A DNA stretch of 64,000 nt from Eledone cirrhosa (lineage: Eukaryota): positions 16,058,001-16,122,000 of the forward strand of contig OZ024759.1 in the NCBI GenBank assembly GCA_964016885.1, given 5' to 3'. Shown piece by piece: positions 43,249 to 57,094 of this stretch. The translations under genes were made by a program, and so were the position numbers. The notes under the pieces are model-generated. The model saw nothing but the letters and a program-made list of their open reading frames with translations. It made no database searches and was not told the DNA's origin. Each line of letters opens with the position of its first letter. Positions within the stretch are counted from its first letter, which is position 1.

Positions 43249-44328
43249 TATCAACTAGAAATTGATTGACATATATATATATAAAATAAACATATGAAAC
43301 AATCACAGGGAATAATTTGTAAAAGTGTGTAAGCACTCATAGCTATGTAGGAAACTAATTAAAGTTTAACTAGAGCCTTAAAATTAGATATCTTATAAAT
43401 TGATTAATTTTCCTTGTATATATTTCATTAATGATGAAATATATTTCTTTAATGAAATATATACAAGGAAGATTAATCAATTTATAAGGTATCTATTTTT
43501 AAGGTTCTAGTTAAACTTTAATTAGTTACCTCCATAGCTATGAGTGCTTACACACTTTTACAAATTATTCCCTGTGATTGTTTCATATGTTTATTTTATA
43601 TATATATATGTCAATCAATTTCTAGTTGATATAAAATGCTCAGATCTCTTCATTGGAATCTTGGAGCATATTCTACAGTGGATATGGCACATGTCTCTCT
43701 GACATGACACCCTTAATTTTAATTTAATTTTGGATATATATATACGGATATATATATACGGATATTTATATATATTTTGGATATATATATATACGGCCCC
43801 TTAATTGTAGAGCTAACTCAGTTGAAAGGACTCGGCTCCTATTTCTAGTTGTCGATAACCCTATTCACGCCACTGGGATGAAGCTAGTGCGATGTGTGTA
43901 TTTTTAAAGAATGCAACACGTGCTACTAGTCATTCGCAGATTTGAATTTGCTGTATAAACACAGATAGTTAAGTCTTCTCCCTTGTTGAAAATCCGAGAT
44001 TTGGCTACTGTGATTTACCGATCGATTAATGGTGAAATATATTTCTTTAATGAAATATATACAAGGAAGATTAATCAATTTATAAGGTATCTATTTTTAA
44101 GGTTCTAGTTAAACTTTAATTAGTTACCTACCTAGCTATGTGTGATTACACACTTTACAAATTATTCCCTGTGATTGTTTCATGTGTTTATTTTATATAT
44201 ATATATGTCAATCAATTTCTAGATGATATAAAATGCTCGGATCTATTCATTGGAATCTTGGAGCATATTCTACAGTGGATATGGCGCATGTCTCTCTGAC
44301 ATGACACCCTTAATTTTAATTTAATTTT

Positions 44329-44340
<12 letters not shown>
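43249..44340. mobile_element. Inverted + partial tandem repeat structure resembling a Penelope pseudo-LTR arrangement
   Basis: Hairpin 43249-43631 (~185-bp arms); 43429-43745 directly repeated at 44027-44340; flanked by (TA)n. Confidence 0.7.
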
Positions 44341-44405
<65 letters not shown>

Positions 44406-44407
<2 letters not shown>

Positions 44408-44602
44408 AAAAGAGTCAGGACTCAGACGGCTGAGCTCCGGCCGTTTCGACAGCTAGATCCCAAGTTCGGATCTAGCTGTCGAAATGGCCGGAGCTCAGCC
44501 ATCGGGGTCCTGACTCTTTTCATATTACCCACTCTACTACGCTAAGTATTGAGTACTCTTGTGCGTTATGGTCCACCTAGTATCTTACGACACCCTCTTT
44601 GT
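44406..44602. mobile_element. Fold-back family A, divergent copy in the opposite orientation
   Basis: Hairpin GAAAAGAGTCAGGAC..GTCCTGACTCTTTTC followed by ATTACCCACTCTACTAC..GTATTGAGTACT. Confidence 0.8.
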
Positions 44603-44686
44603 ACATATACATACATACATATATATATATACGTATACATATATATACATATACATATATACATATATATATATATATACATATTC

Positions 44687-44720
<34 letters not shown>

Positions 44721-44746
44721 ATATACATATATATATATACATATAC

Positions 44747-44795
<49 letters not shown>

Positions 44796-44821
44796 CATAT
44801 ATATATATATGTGTATACATA

Positions 44822-44902
<81 letters not shown>

Positions 44903-44910
44903 GTATATAC

Positions 44911-44942
<32 letters not shown>

Positions 44943-44943
44943 G

Positions 44944-45000
<57 letters not shown>

Positions 45001-45064
45001 ATATATATGTATATATATACATATATATATATATATGCATATATATATGTATATATATATATGT

Positions 45065-45153
<89 letters not shown>

Positions 45154-45180
45154 TACTATGCATATACTATGCATACATTC

Positions 45181-45212
<32 letters not shown>

Positions 45213-45275
45213 GTGTGTATATATATATATGTATATATATATGAATGTATGCATAGTATATTTATATATATATAC

Positions 45276-45429
<154 letters not shown>

Positions 45430-46016
45430 GTGTGTGTGTGTTGAGGAATAGATCGATTTAATGGCAGAGGTACAAAAGCCAACGCAATTTTCCGATCAAG
45501 CTCTTTATAAACTTCTCAACGTAATCTCAGTCACGTGGCTGAGAAATATGCTACGAAGCACATCATATTAATTCGTTCTTATGAAGGCTTCGCCCATATA
45601 GAACAAACAGGTGGATAACAATCAGAAAAAAATAAGAATCTCAACGGTTAAATAAAGAAAAGGTTGGGATACTTACAGACTTATAGTCACTAACCAAAAC
45701 ATTTATGTTGACCAAAATATTTGGATTTGGACCGCCGAAAAAATCTGCCAAATACCAGCAGTTAAAGTTAATTTTTAGCAAAACAGGACCGGTGGTACTT
45801 CCCAACAGGTGTCCTATTTTATTGTCCAATCCACACAGAAAGTAATGTCTGCGATTATCGACCGTTATATGACCATTATCGAGCGTTATCATCGACCGTT
45901 ATCTGACAAGAAAGGGCTTGCCGAATACAAGCCGAAACTGCGAGGCATTGTGGTCGATTTTTTACCTCCCTTAAACTCACTCTTCTTCTTCTCATGCATA
46001 AGTACATATATATGTA

Positions 46017-46183
46017 CCGTATTTCCCGGCAGCGAAGACGCTACTTTTTTTTTTAAATAAGTCTCAAAATCTACCATGCGTCCTGGAGGCCGAAGGTTGT
46101 TTATTTATTTTTTTTTAATTTCTGGTTGTCAAAACTAGAGTGGGCCCTCGAAGACGAAACGTCTTCGGCGCCGGGAAATACGA
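46017..46183. mobile_element. CCGTA-ended MITE, copy 2
   Basis: TIR CCGTATTTCCCGGC; TA flanks; matches 4995-5157. Confidence 0.8.
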
Positions 46184-46398
46184 TATGTATGTAATGCATG
46201 TGTGTGTTTTCGATGCTCAGAGAGTGAGATTGGTCGAGTGCTTTCCCCCACTTAAAAAACCTTCAAAGCACAGTCATTGCTTGTTCAGGTTATGTTACAG
46301 GTTTGTGAGGCTGGCCATAGCCTAAAAGTACACCATTTTCTTTAACCTGTCATGCGGTTGCAATACTCTTAGCAGAGTTTGCAGCCATCATGTATGTA

Positions 46399-46950
46399 TG
46401 GTCGGGTCGTTGGCGACTAAACTGGCAACCCCACTAAGGTTTCTTGGTGAGGAGGGTGACTTTGGACATCCTGTAGGACTAAAAACAAAACCTGTCAAAG
46501 GGCAAAGGAGCTCTTAAGAGTTAATGGCCATCCAAAATCACCGGGAGAGATGACCCCTTAGCCTTTGTCAAGGCAGAATTCTAGGAGAAGGAAAACTCTG
46601 ATATAACACCTGCAACCCTGATGGTATCCAATGATGTTGACTTGTTCTTCTTTTTGGTAAATATCATCTTGGTTAAGAGAGTGGGACTGGCTTTGTGCAG
46701 AGCCTTTGCTCACTATAAAAGCTTCACGGCACAGGCATTGCTTTATATCTGGAGATCTCTCTGCACTTGTCGTCACATGGTACCATGGGCCTAGCACTAT
46801 GTGTCAATAATTGTCACAAGTGTAGTGTTTGTACCAGAGTTTTCAAGTCGCTGGCTGGACTAAAGTCACATTCGTTCAGCGCATCGGTAGGGGTTCTCCT
46901 ACATGGATATAAAGTAGTGGCCGTACTCGAAAACGAGTTGGCAGCCACCA
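46399..46950 (+). mobile_element. Non-autonomous RTE-derived element, copy 2
   Basis: Near-identical to 39960-40494; retains CSVCTRVFKSLAGLKSH; (TATG)n on both sides. Confidence 0.75.
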
Positions 46951-46980
46951 TGTATGTATGTATGTGTGCATGTATGTATG

Positions 46981-47269
46981 TCATAACGTGAGACCAGTAG
47001 TTGACTACCAGGCTGCTGTTGGAGATGCTACTCATCATACTTGTCAAACATGTGGAAGAGAGTGTAGATAAGCAGGGGAGCGCTCAAACGACATGTAAAA
47101 GTACATGAAATCCAACCACAGTCGGCTACTGCCAGTGAATGCTTTGGTTGCCAACTCTGTGCAAGACATTTTAGATCATTGGCTGGGCTAAAAAGCCATA
47201 TTCGATCGCAGCACCGTTAATTGTTAATATATATGTGTGTATATGTATGTGTGTGTGTGTATGTGTATG

Positions 47270-47300
<31 letters not shown>

Positions 47301-47348
47301 TTGTATTCGTGCAATGGCCATACTCGATAATGAGGGGGCAGCTATCAT
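46981..47348 (+). mobile_element. RTE-like 3' end with two C2H2 zinc-finger remnants
   Basis: CQTCGREC..LKRHVKVH and CQLCARHFRSLAGLKSHIRSQH*; terminus TGGCCATACTCGATAATGAGGGGGCAGC resembles the 46399 element end. Confidence 0.65.
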
Positions 47349-47349
47349 G

Positions 47350-47456
<107 letters not shown>

Positions 47457-47706
47457 ATTTATAAGTGGTGTCACGATTGCTTTCACTGAAGTTGAGCTAC
47501 AGAATTAATGTTTTGTAACTATATATATGAGTATGTGTGTGTGTGTGTGTGTGCGTGTGTGTGCGTGTGTGTGTGGGTGGGTGTGTGTGTGTGTGTGTAC
47601 GTATATGTGCTATTAATATACGTACATAACAAACAAACATACATACATATATATATATACATACACATATATGGACACATACTGATATATATATTATTAT
47701 TATGTA

Positions 47707-47754
<48 letters not shown>

Positions 47755-47812
47755 GATATAGATATATATATATACATAGATATATATATACACACACGCA
47801 CACACATATATA

Positions 47813-47907
<95 letters not shown>

Positions 47908-47954
47908 AATACACATATATGGACACAGGCTGATATATATAGATACATTTATAC

Positions 47955-47986
<32 letters not shown>

Positions 47987-48031
47987 TTATAAACATATAT
48001 ATATATATATATACTTATAGACATACACGTA

Positions 48032-48114
<83 letters not shown>

Positions 48115-48410
48115 CGATGATTCCACGTCAATTAATGAAAATCACGAAGCATAACTTCGGGCAATATACAAGAAATAGACGTAATCATAATATTAATGTG
48201 TATATGTGTGTTTGTATGTGTCCGTATATGTTTGTGTGATTGTATATTTTTGAATGTGTGTGACAATATTCTTATTTATATACATAAAAATATATATGCA
48301 TGTATGTAAGCACGTATATATATATTTATATATATATATATATATATATTTATATGGCGATACATTTCTGAATTTATATATGTATGTGTGTATGTTTGTA
48401 TGTATATTAG

Positions 48411-48469
<59 letters not shown>

Positions 48470-48619
48470 TATATACGCATATATATATATATGCACATAT
48501 ATATACATACACACACACATACACACACACATACATATATATATATATTTATACATATATGTGTGTGTGTGTGTGTGTATGTATGTATATATATATCTGT
48601 TTAAGTATATATATGTATG

Positions 48620-48682
<63 letters not shown>

Positions 48683-49240
48683 TATATACATATATATATA
48701 TCAAATTGTAAAATATGAGGAAATTATAAATATATATATATATACACACACACATATATACATATATTTTTACATACATACACAAGTATCACTGTGTATT
48801 CCCAACACTGATATTATTTATAATATTATTTATAATATATATTATATTATATATTATATATTATATATTATATTGCCTAGCATTATATTTCATAAACAGG
48901 ATGTTATATGTCAATGCCTATATTTAGTGTTAGGTAAATATGAAGTGTACTTACCCAACAAATTAACTGAATGCGCTTTTTTATCTTAGTTTTTTTATTT
49001 TTATTTTAGCATTTCTTCCTTTCTTTCGTCTTGGTCGTGTTTTGTGGTTGCATTTTTATTTCAGTTATATTATAGGTTTTATGTGGAGGGAGGGTTCTTA
49101 GATTTCTTTGTCTTTATCTTTATTTCTTTATTTTATTTCTTTCTTTTATTTATTTATTTATCAATTTTGTTATTGGCTGCTGCGTTACGATATTACGATA
49201 GTCGGCAAATGTGTGTGTATATACGCACACACATACACAC

Positions 49241-49301
<61 letters not shown>

Positions 49302-49438
49302 CTTATACATACATATATAAATACATATATTAAATATACATATATATCAAATATATATATATACATATATATATATATATTTAATATATGTATTTATATA
49401 TAAATACATATATCAAATATATATATATATTAATATAG

Positions 49439-49488
<50 letters not shown>

Positions 49489-49533
49489 ATAAACATATTT
49501 ATGCATATATGTATGAATGTATATGTATATATA

Positions 49534-49629
<96 letters not shown>

Positions 49630-49738
49630 TATACATATACATTCATACATATATGTATAAATATGTTTATTGATAGATATATAGATATATAGATATAGAT
49701 ATATATATATAGATATATATGCCTGTGTGTATACATAC

Positions 49739-49775
<37 letters not shown>

Positions 49776-49869
49776 TACACACATATACATACACAAACAC
49801 TTGTGTTTGTGTGTTTGTGTATGTGTGTGCGTGAGGATATTGCTAAAGTTCATAAATTTGCATTTAGAT

Positions 49870-49960
49870 GTAGATGATTTATATCATAAGATCTTTAATA
49901 GAAATAGCCTAAAGGTTAGCTACAGTTGCACCGAAAACCTTTCTGTTTCAATAACTAGTA
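49870..49960 (+). mobile_element. Penelope-like linker fragment
   Basis: [20 protein letters not shown], a conserved PLE motif. Confidence 0.7.
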
Positions 49961-50981
49961 TTAAAAAAATAATAGTTTTCAGTACAAACATGAGTGTCTC
50001 CTCGGATATACAATTTCACCAACTCTATTATCTGTACTCTGAAGGATGAGTATCATTAAAAGGTAGAACTATGGCTGATTTAGGTTTCTATTTCAAATAA
50101 GAGTGAAATACAATGCGACAAATGGTTTTATTGAAAAATCCCTTTTAAAATATGTTCGCCACATATATGTCCATTCAGAGGCTCAGAGAAACAGCTCGCA
50201 ACGATAATCTCTAAATATATCTGAGTGATATTCATAATTAAATCATACATTGCCACTTCAATACAATCTTGAACAATAGATTCGATCTCATTTCAACGTA
50301 TCACCATATATCAAAGTTACTGTTGGTTAACTTCAAATCAGGAAATTCAGTTGATCGTTTCAACTGGAGCTCTCATCACCGAACCGATGGAGATCCATCA
50401 CATGCATACATACATACATGTGCTGTGTTTGGTCTATGTATCTTTGTGCGTATGTGTGTGTATCTTTGTGTCTGTGACTGTGTGTAACTGTGTGTGTGAG
50501 TCTGTGCGTGGAAATATATATTCATGCGTGTGCACGAGTGTGGAAATATATATTCATGTGTGTGCACGAGTGTGGAAATATATATTTATGTGTGTGTATG
50601 TGTGTGGAAATCTATATTTATGTGGGTGTATGTGTGTGGAAATATATATTTATGTGTGTGTATGTGTGTAGAAATATATATTTATGTGTGTGGAAATATA
50701 TATTTATGTGTGTGTGTGCGTGTGTAGAAATATATATTTATGTGTGCGGAAATATATATTTATGTGTGTGTGTGTGTAGAAATATATATTTATGTGTGTG
50801 GAAATATATATTTTTGTGTGTGTGTGTGTATGTGGAAATATATATTTATGCCTGTGTACGTGTCTATGTCGATCAGATGGTATGTTTCTGTGTGTGTGTG
50901 AGTGTTTTTGTATATGAGTGTGTTTGTATGTGAATGTATGTATGTGTATATCTGCTATTATGTGTAAGGTGATATGGTATT

Positions 50982-51633
50982 ATTGGCAGTATCGGTAGAG
51001 GGTCGGACGCCATGCTTTCCAGCATAGTTACGTCCCTTTACGGTCTGAGTTCAAATCCCGCCGAGGTTGACTTTGCCTTTCATCCTTACGGGGTCGATAA
51101 AATAAAGTACCAGTAATGCACTGGGTAATTGCTGGCCTTGTGCCTAAAGTAGAAACAATTATGTGTAAGGTGATTCAGTATAAATGTACAACATAAACTA
51201 CAGCAAAAACATTAATAATAATGATAATAACAATAATAATAATTGTTTCTACGTTAGGCACAAGGCCAGCAATTACACCAGTGTATTACTGGTACTTTAT
51301 TTTATCGACCCCGTAAGGATGAAAGGCAAAGTCAACCTCGGCGGGATTTGAACTCAGATCATAAAGGGACGTAACTCTATGCTTCAAAGCATGGTGTCCG
51401 ACTCTCTAACGATTCTGCCAATCCACCGCCCTATTGCCAATAATAATAATTGTTTCTACTTTAGGCACAAGGCCAGCAATTACCCAGTGCATTACTGGTA
51501 CTTTATTTTATCGACCCCGTAAGGATGAAAGGCAAAGTCAACCTCGGCGGGATTTGAACTCAGATCGTAAAGGGACGTAACTATGCTGGAAAGCATGGCG
51601 TCCGACCCTCTACCGATACTGCCAATCCACCGC
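50982..51633. mobile_element. Three young Meta-type SINEs (+ 50982-51160; - 51242-51432; - 51449-51633)
   Basis: Near-identical to the 8151 copy; the first has TSD ATTATGTGTAAGGTGAT; the other two sit in (AAT)n. Confidence 0.92.
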
Positions 51634-51656
51634 CAATAATAATAAGGATAATAAAT

Positions 51657-52196
51657 AATTTACCACATTCTGAGAAGTGGTGTGAGCATAAATCAGAGTC
51701 GGTGATAGAAAACGATGAAGTGAAGGGGCTTTGGGATTTCAAGATTCAGACGGACGAGAAATTAGAACACAATAGGCCTGCCCTGGTGGTTTTTGACAAG
51801 GAAAAAAGATCGTGCCTGGTTGTAGATGTAGCGTGACCCTTTGACACAAGAGTGCGAGAAGAAAAGGAGGAGAAAATTAACCGATACCAGGATTTAAAGT
51901 GGGAGTTCAAAACGATTTAGAACTGTCATGAGATAAAGGTCGTCTCGATTGTTATAGGAGCACTAGGTACTATCGCAAAGAGTTTTCAAGGATGGTTAAA
52001 GAACATTAGTCCAGCCCGCCTCCCCCCCTTTTTGGGGGGGTGGGGGCGCGCTTCAAAAGGCATACTTGCTAGGAACAGCAAGAATCCTCCGATACGTCCT
52101 AAATATCTGAGGCTGCAGGTAGCGGCTTGATGTTCATTTGAACAAACTTTCCAGTTAAATAACTTTAATGACTGAGACTCCAAGAAAATAATAATA

Positions 52197-52197
<1 letters not shown>
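51657..52197 (+). mobile_element. Dong-like (R4 clade) RLE 3' fragment in (TAA)n
   Basis: KWCEHKSESVIENDEVKGLWDFKIQTDEKLEHNRPALVVFDK..VDVA*PFD..EEKINRYQDLK..IVIGALG; (TAA)n at both ends. Confidence 0.88.
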
Positions 52198-52238
<41 letters not shown>

Positions 52239-52264
52239 ATAATGACGGTCATGACTTCATATAT

Positions 52265-52312
<48 letters not shown>

Positions 52313-52374
52313 GAGAAAGAGAGAGATACATATATATATATAAAAGAAAATTTCGCTCTACATGGCTGAATACA

Positions 52375-52808
52375 ATAAATGTAATCTGAATTTTCCGAAT
52401 ATTAATAATTGTTTCTACGTTTGGCAGAAGGCCAGCAATTACCCAGTGCATTACTGGTAATTTATTTTAACGACCCCGTAAAGGATGAAAGGTAAAGTTA
52501 ACCTCGGCGGGATTTGAACTCAGATTGGCAAGGGCCGTAACTCTATGCGTCAAAGCATGGCATCCGACTCTCTACCGATACTGCCAATCAACATTCGATT
52601 CGTTTGCAATTATGCAAACAAGCCTCAATTTTATAGCCATGTCAGTAGAATGAACACTTCATTCTTGCTCTTAGGGTGGCATGCCAACGCAAGAGCAGGA
52701 ATGAAGTGTTCATTCTACTGACATGGTTATAAAATTGAGGCTTGTTTGCATAATTGCAAACGAATCGAATGTTATTATTAATATTAGAAAAACTCAGTTT
52801 ACATTTAT
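52375..52808. repeat. Fold-back element with a Meta-type SINE (52408-52589, minus) inserted in its left arm
   Basis: Inner hairpin 52590-52773; outer arms ATAAATGTAA..ATATTAATAAT / ATTATTAATAT..TTACATTTAT. Confidence 0.85.
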
Positions 52809-52809
52809 C

Positions 52810-52869
<60 letters not shown>

Positions 52870-52922
52870 ATACATATATGTAAACAACATATGTACATAA
52901 ATATACATATTACAAACTAATA

Positions 52923-53024
<102 letters not shown>

Positions 53025-53130
53025 TATATATATATATTTATATATATATATATACAGTGATAATTTATATATATTTATATATATATATATATATAAATAT
53101 ATATAAATTATCACTGTATATATATATATA

Positions 53131-53213
<83 letters not shown>

Positions 53214-53231
53214 TGATAATTTATATATATT

Positions 53232-53266
<35 letters not shown>

Positions 53267-53680
53267 ATATATAGTGATAATAATATCAGCAATAATAATA
53301 ACGATATTGAGTTTTTACTATTTTTATCTTTCCTTAGAGCTCCTTTGCTTAATTCCTTATTCATATTTTCAATAGTTAACTTCCGCAGCTATTCTAAGAT
53401 AATTACATTCCTATAAAACCTTTATTCCTCTATTCCTGTTCTCTATGATGTTTTTGTTTTTCTATTTAAGTGTTGTTTACGTATGTGTTGGTGTTTCTTA
53501 TGTGTTGCCCTCTGTGTGTAAGCATGCGTATGATAGTGGATGAGGAGGTCTCTTAGCTGAAGGTGTATATATATATTTGTGTGTGTGTGTGTGTGTATGC
53601 GTGTATGTATGTATATATATGTGTGTGTGTGTGTGTGAATATATATGTATTTATATATATACATTTATATAAATGTATAC

Positions 53681-53723
<43 letters not shown>

Positions 53724-53836
53724 AATGTATATTTATATGTATGTGTGTATATATATATATATGTGTGTGTGTGAGTATATTATGTATTTGTGTGTATATA
53801 TATATATATATACATATACGTATGTGTGTATGTGTG

Positions 53837-53902
<66 letters not shown>

Positions 53903-54023
53903 ACTGTATATTTATATGTATGTGTGTATATATATATATGTGTGTGTGTGAGAGTATATTATGTATTTGTGTGTATATATATATATATATATACATATAC
54001 GTATGTGTGTATGTATATATATA

Positions 54024-55072
54024 CGAGGTGTGTCAGAAAAGTTCCAGGACTGATGTCACAAAAGATTTATTTCAAACCCAAACTTCACACTAAGAGTTTT
54101 CTCCTTCAAAGTAATCCCCCTGGAGTCTAATGCACTTTTCCATCCTTTTCTGCCACGCTTGCATGCACTCCTGGAAAGATTCTTCCGGGATCCTCCGCAA
54201 AATCCGTCCTCACGGCCTTTTTGATGTCGTCCACGTCTTCAAAACGGGTCCCCTTGATGACCCCCTTGAACTTGGGGAATAGGAAATAATCATACGGAGC
54301 CAGGTCGGGGGAGTAGGGAGGTTGCTCCAGCACGGCGATGTTCTTCTCGGCCAGGAACTGTCGGATGCTCAGGGCATTGTGAGCAGGCGCGTTGTCATGG
54401 TGAAGCAGCCACGAGTTGTCCTGCCACAACTCTCGCTTCTTCTCACGGACTGAACGAAGCAAACGCTGCAGTATCTCTTTGTAGACATGTTGGTTGATCG
54501 TCTGGCCCTGTGGCAATAACTCGCAGTGGACGATGCCCCTCACATCGAAGAATGTGAGCAACATGACCTTGACTTTGGACTTCGACTGTCGTGCTTTCTT
54601 CGGCCTTGGCGACGACGGACTCTTCCACTGAAGGCTCTGGCGTTTGGATTCCGGCTCGTACTCGAAGATCCATGACTCATCACCGGTGATGACACTCCCC
54701 TCCGCTCCTGGGTCATCTTCCACTTCCTCGCGTCCTTCTTTAAACCTCTTGCGTCACTCAAAAACACGTGAGCGTGACATCGTCTCATCTCCATCCACTT
54801 GCTGCAGCAATCCCAGTGCTTCTGACGGAGTTTTCCCCAGCCGTACCAGAAACTTCAAGTTTGTTCGTTGCTCTGTGCTCATTGCTTGACGACCTGAAAC
54901 AGAGGACATGTATATAAAATTATGAAGAAAAAAGTATGATCGCTGCAAAGAGCTAAGATTACAGTTACATACTCCAGGGGGATTACTTTGAAGGAGAAAA
55001 CTCTTAGTGTGAAGTTTGGGTTGGAAATAAATCTTTTGTGACATCAGTCCTGGAACTTTTCTGACACACCTC

Positions 55073-55073
<1 letters not shown>
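54024..55073 (-). mobile_element. Mariner transposon, internally deleted, with 103-bp inverted ends, inserted in TA
   Basis: Inverted ends 54024-54126 and 54971-55073 (1 mismatch) starting CGAGGTGTGTCAGAAAAGT; TA on both sides. Confidence 0.95.
54090..54882 (-). pseudogene. Mariner transposase pseudogene
   Basis: N-term MSTEQRTNLKFLVRLGKTPSEA..MSRSRVFE; deletion near 54700; ITGDESW, HHDNAPAH and YSPDLAPYDYFLF motifs; frameshifted C-term [12 protein letters not shown]. Confidence 0.92.
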
Positions 55074-55111
<38 letters not shown>

Positions 55112-55196
55112 GTCCAGAATTAGCTGTCGAAACGGCTTGAGCTCAGCCGTCGGGGTCCTACTCCTTCGTATATATATATATATATATATACATATG

Positions 55197-55267
<71 letters not shown>

Positions 55268-55456
55268 TTATGGGAGTCACTATAGGTGTATGTGTGTTTA
55301 TGGGAGTCACTATAGGTGCATGTGTATATGTGTATATGTGCATATGTATATATGTATAAGTGTCTGAGTCAGTTCTTAATACATGTGTATGCATGTGTTT
55401 ATGCAAATGTGTTATTTTGTGTATGACTAAGTGCGACAATATGTGTCTGTGCACGG

Positions 55457-55509
<53 letters not shown>

Positions 55510-55513
<4 letters not shown>

Positions 55514-55697
55514 AAGCAAGTGTGGTAAGGAACCATATGGACCATAACGCACCAGAGTACTCAATACTTAAGGTAGTAGAGTGGGTAATAGGAAAATGTT
55601 TAACCCCGACGGCAGAGATCAAGCCGTTTCGACGGCTATTTCTGGAAATAGCCGTCGAAAAGGCTTCAGCTCTGCCGTCGGGGTTAAACATTTTCCC

Positions 55698-55700
<3 letters not shown>
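55510..55700. mobile_element. Fold-back family A, copy 4
   Basis: Same unique segment plus a hairpin with centre GGCTATTTCTGGAAATAGCC. Confidence 0.85.
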
Positions 55701-55734
<34 letters not shown>

Positions 55735-55793
55735 AAGAGAGCTATATATATGCATATATATATATATATATATACATCTATATATATTCATAT

Positions 55794-55824
<31 letters not shown>

Positions 55825-55833
55825 CTATATATA

Positions 55834-55886
<53 letters not shown>

Positions 55887-55905
55887 ATAATAATAAAATG
55901 GAAGA

Positions 55906-56030
<125 letters not shown>

Positions 56031-56311
56031 TGTGTCTGTCAGTCTTTCTGTCGGTTTATGTGTGTATCTTTGTGTATGTGAGTGTGTGAGTGTGTCGACA
56101 TATATATATATATTATATATATACAGATTAGAGCAAACATCACGAGCGCTCTATCTCAAAATTATTTTTGAAAAGCATTAGAAATGCGCAACCGGTAAAA
56201 ACTTAAAACTAAAACTGAATACTAACCAATACTTATTACTAATTTATACTTATTCTTAATTAAACTATTTTTCACTGGGAAACATTTGTCAGCATTTTCT
56301 TTTCCTTTTGA

Positions 56312-56372
<61 letters not shown>

Positions 56373-56409
56373 TTACCTCCGATTCAACCCGGAATAACGT
56401 ACTTTTTAG

Positions 56410-56467
<58 letters not shown>

Positions 56468-56507
56468 ACAGGAGGCTGGACTGGTGTAAATCCTTGAAAG
56501 GTTTATT

Positions 56508-56565
56508 ATACTATGATCATTTCAATGACCGGGTTCCGTATGAATCCGGTGATATCATCAGGTAT
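56508..56565 (-). ncRNA. Minimal type I hammerhead ribozyme
   Basis: Reverse complement: ATAC-CTGATGA-stem II (ACCGG..CCGGT)-GAAA-TGATCA-TA-GTAT, directly followed by AATAAA, then ~40 nt to (TA)n. Confidence 0.75.
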
Positions 56566-57094
56566 TCGAAATATATCAAAGGAACATAACAGATATAATC
56601 CATGGGTCCAAAAATCAAAGACAAAGAGGACGACTGACCAACTAGCTACTTTCACCTCGGTCAGTCGCCCTCAAGTGATGGCTACTCGGTCTACTAATGA
56701 CCATCTGGTGAGGGGGCGAAGGCTTATAATGTACTACCACCTCTCCGTCAATGAGAAAAAAAGGAAGAAAGAAAGAAAGAAGAAAAGTCAGCGTAATGGT
56801 CACACTACAGTCAGGCTAGAAATCGCTGCGAAAAATGTTATTCCAAAGAACCTATATCTTAACAGAGGCATATATAGTAGGCGTCTATATGGTGTAATGT
56901 GTGAACAGAAAATTGGAACGTTAAACTTATGCTTAGAGTTATAAGATGAAATTAAATTAAAAACTAAAAATTTAAAAATTTAAAAAAATTTTTTTTAAAT
57001 ATTAAAAATTAAAGGTTTGGGTTGCGAGATTTATTTAATGAAATTACAGAGAGAGTCTTATATGAAAAAGTTTAAATGTATTATAGGGAATCTC

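Noticed and set aside
48900-48933. Possible short exon [11 protein letters not shown]
   Set aside because: Weak polypyrimidine tract and AT-rich; splice-like matches are expected by chance
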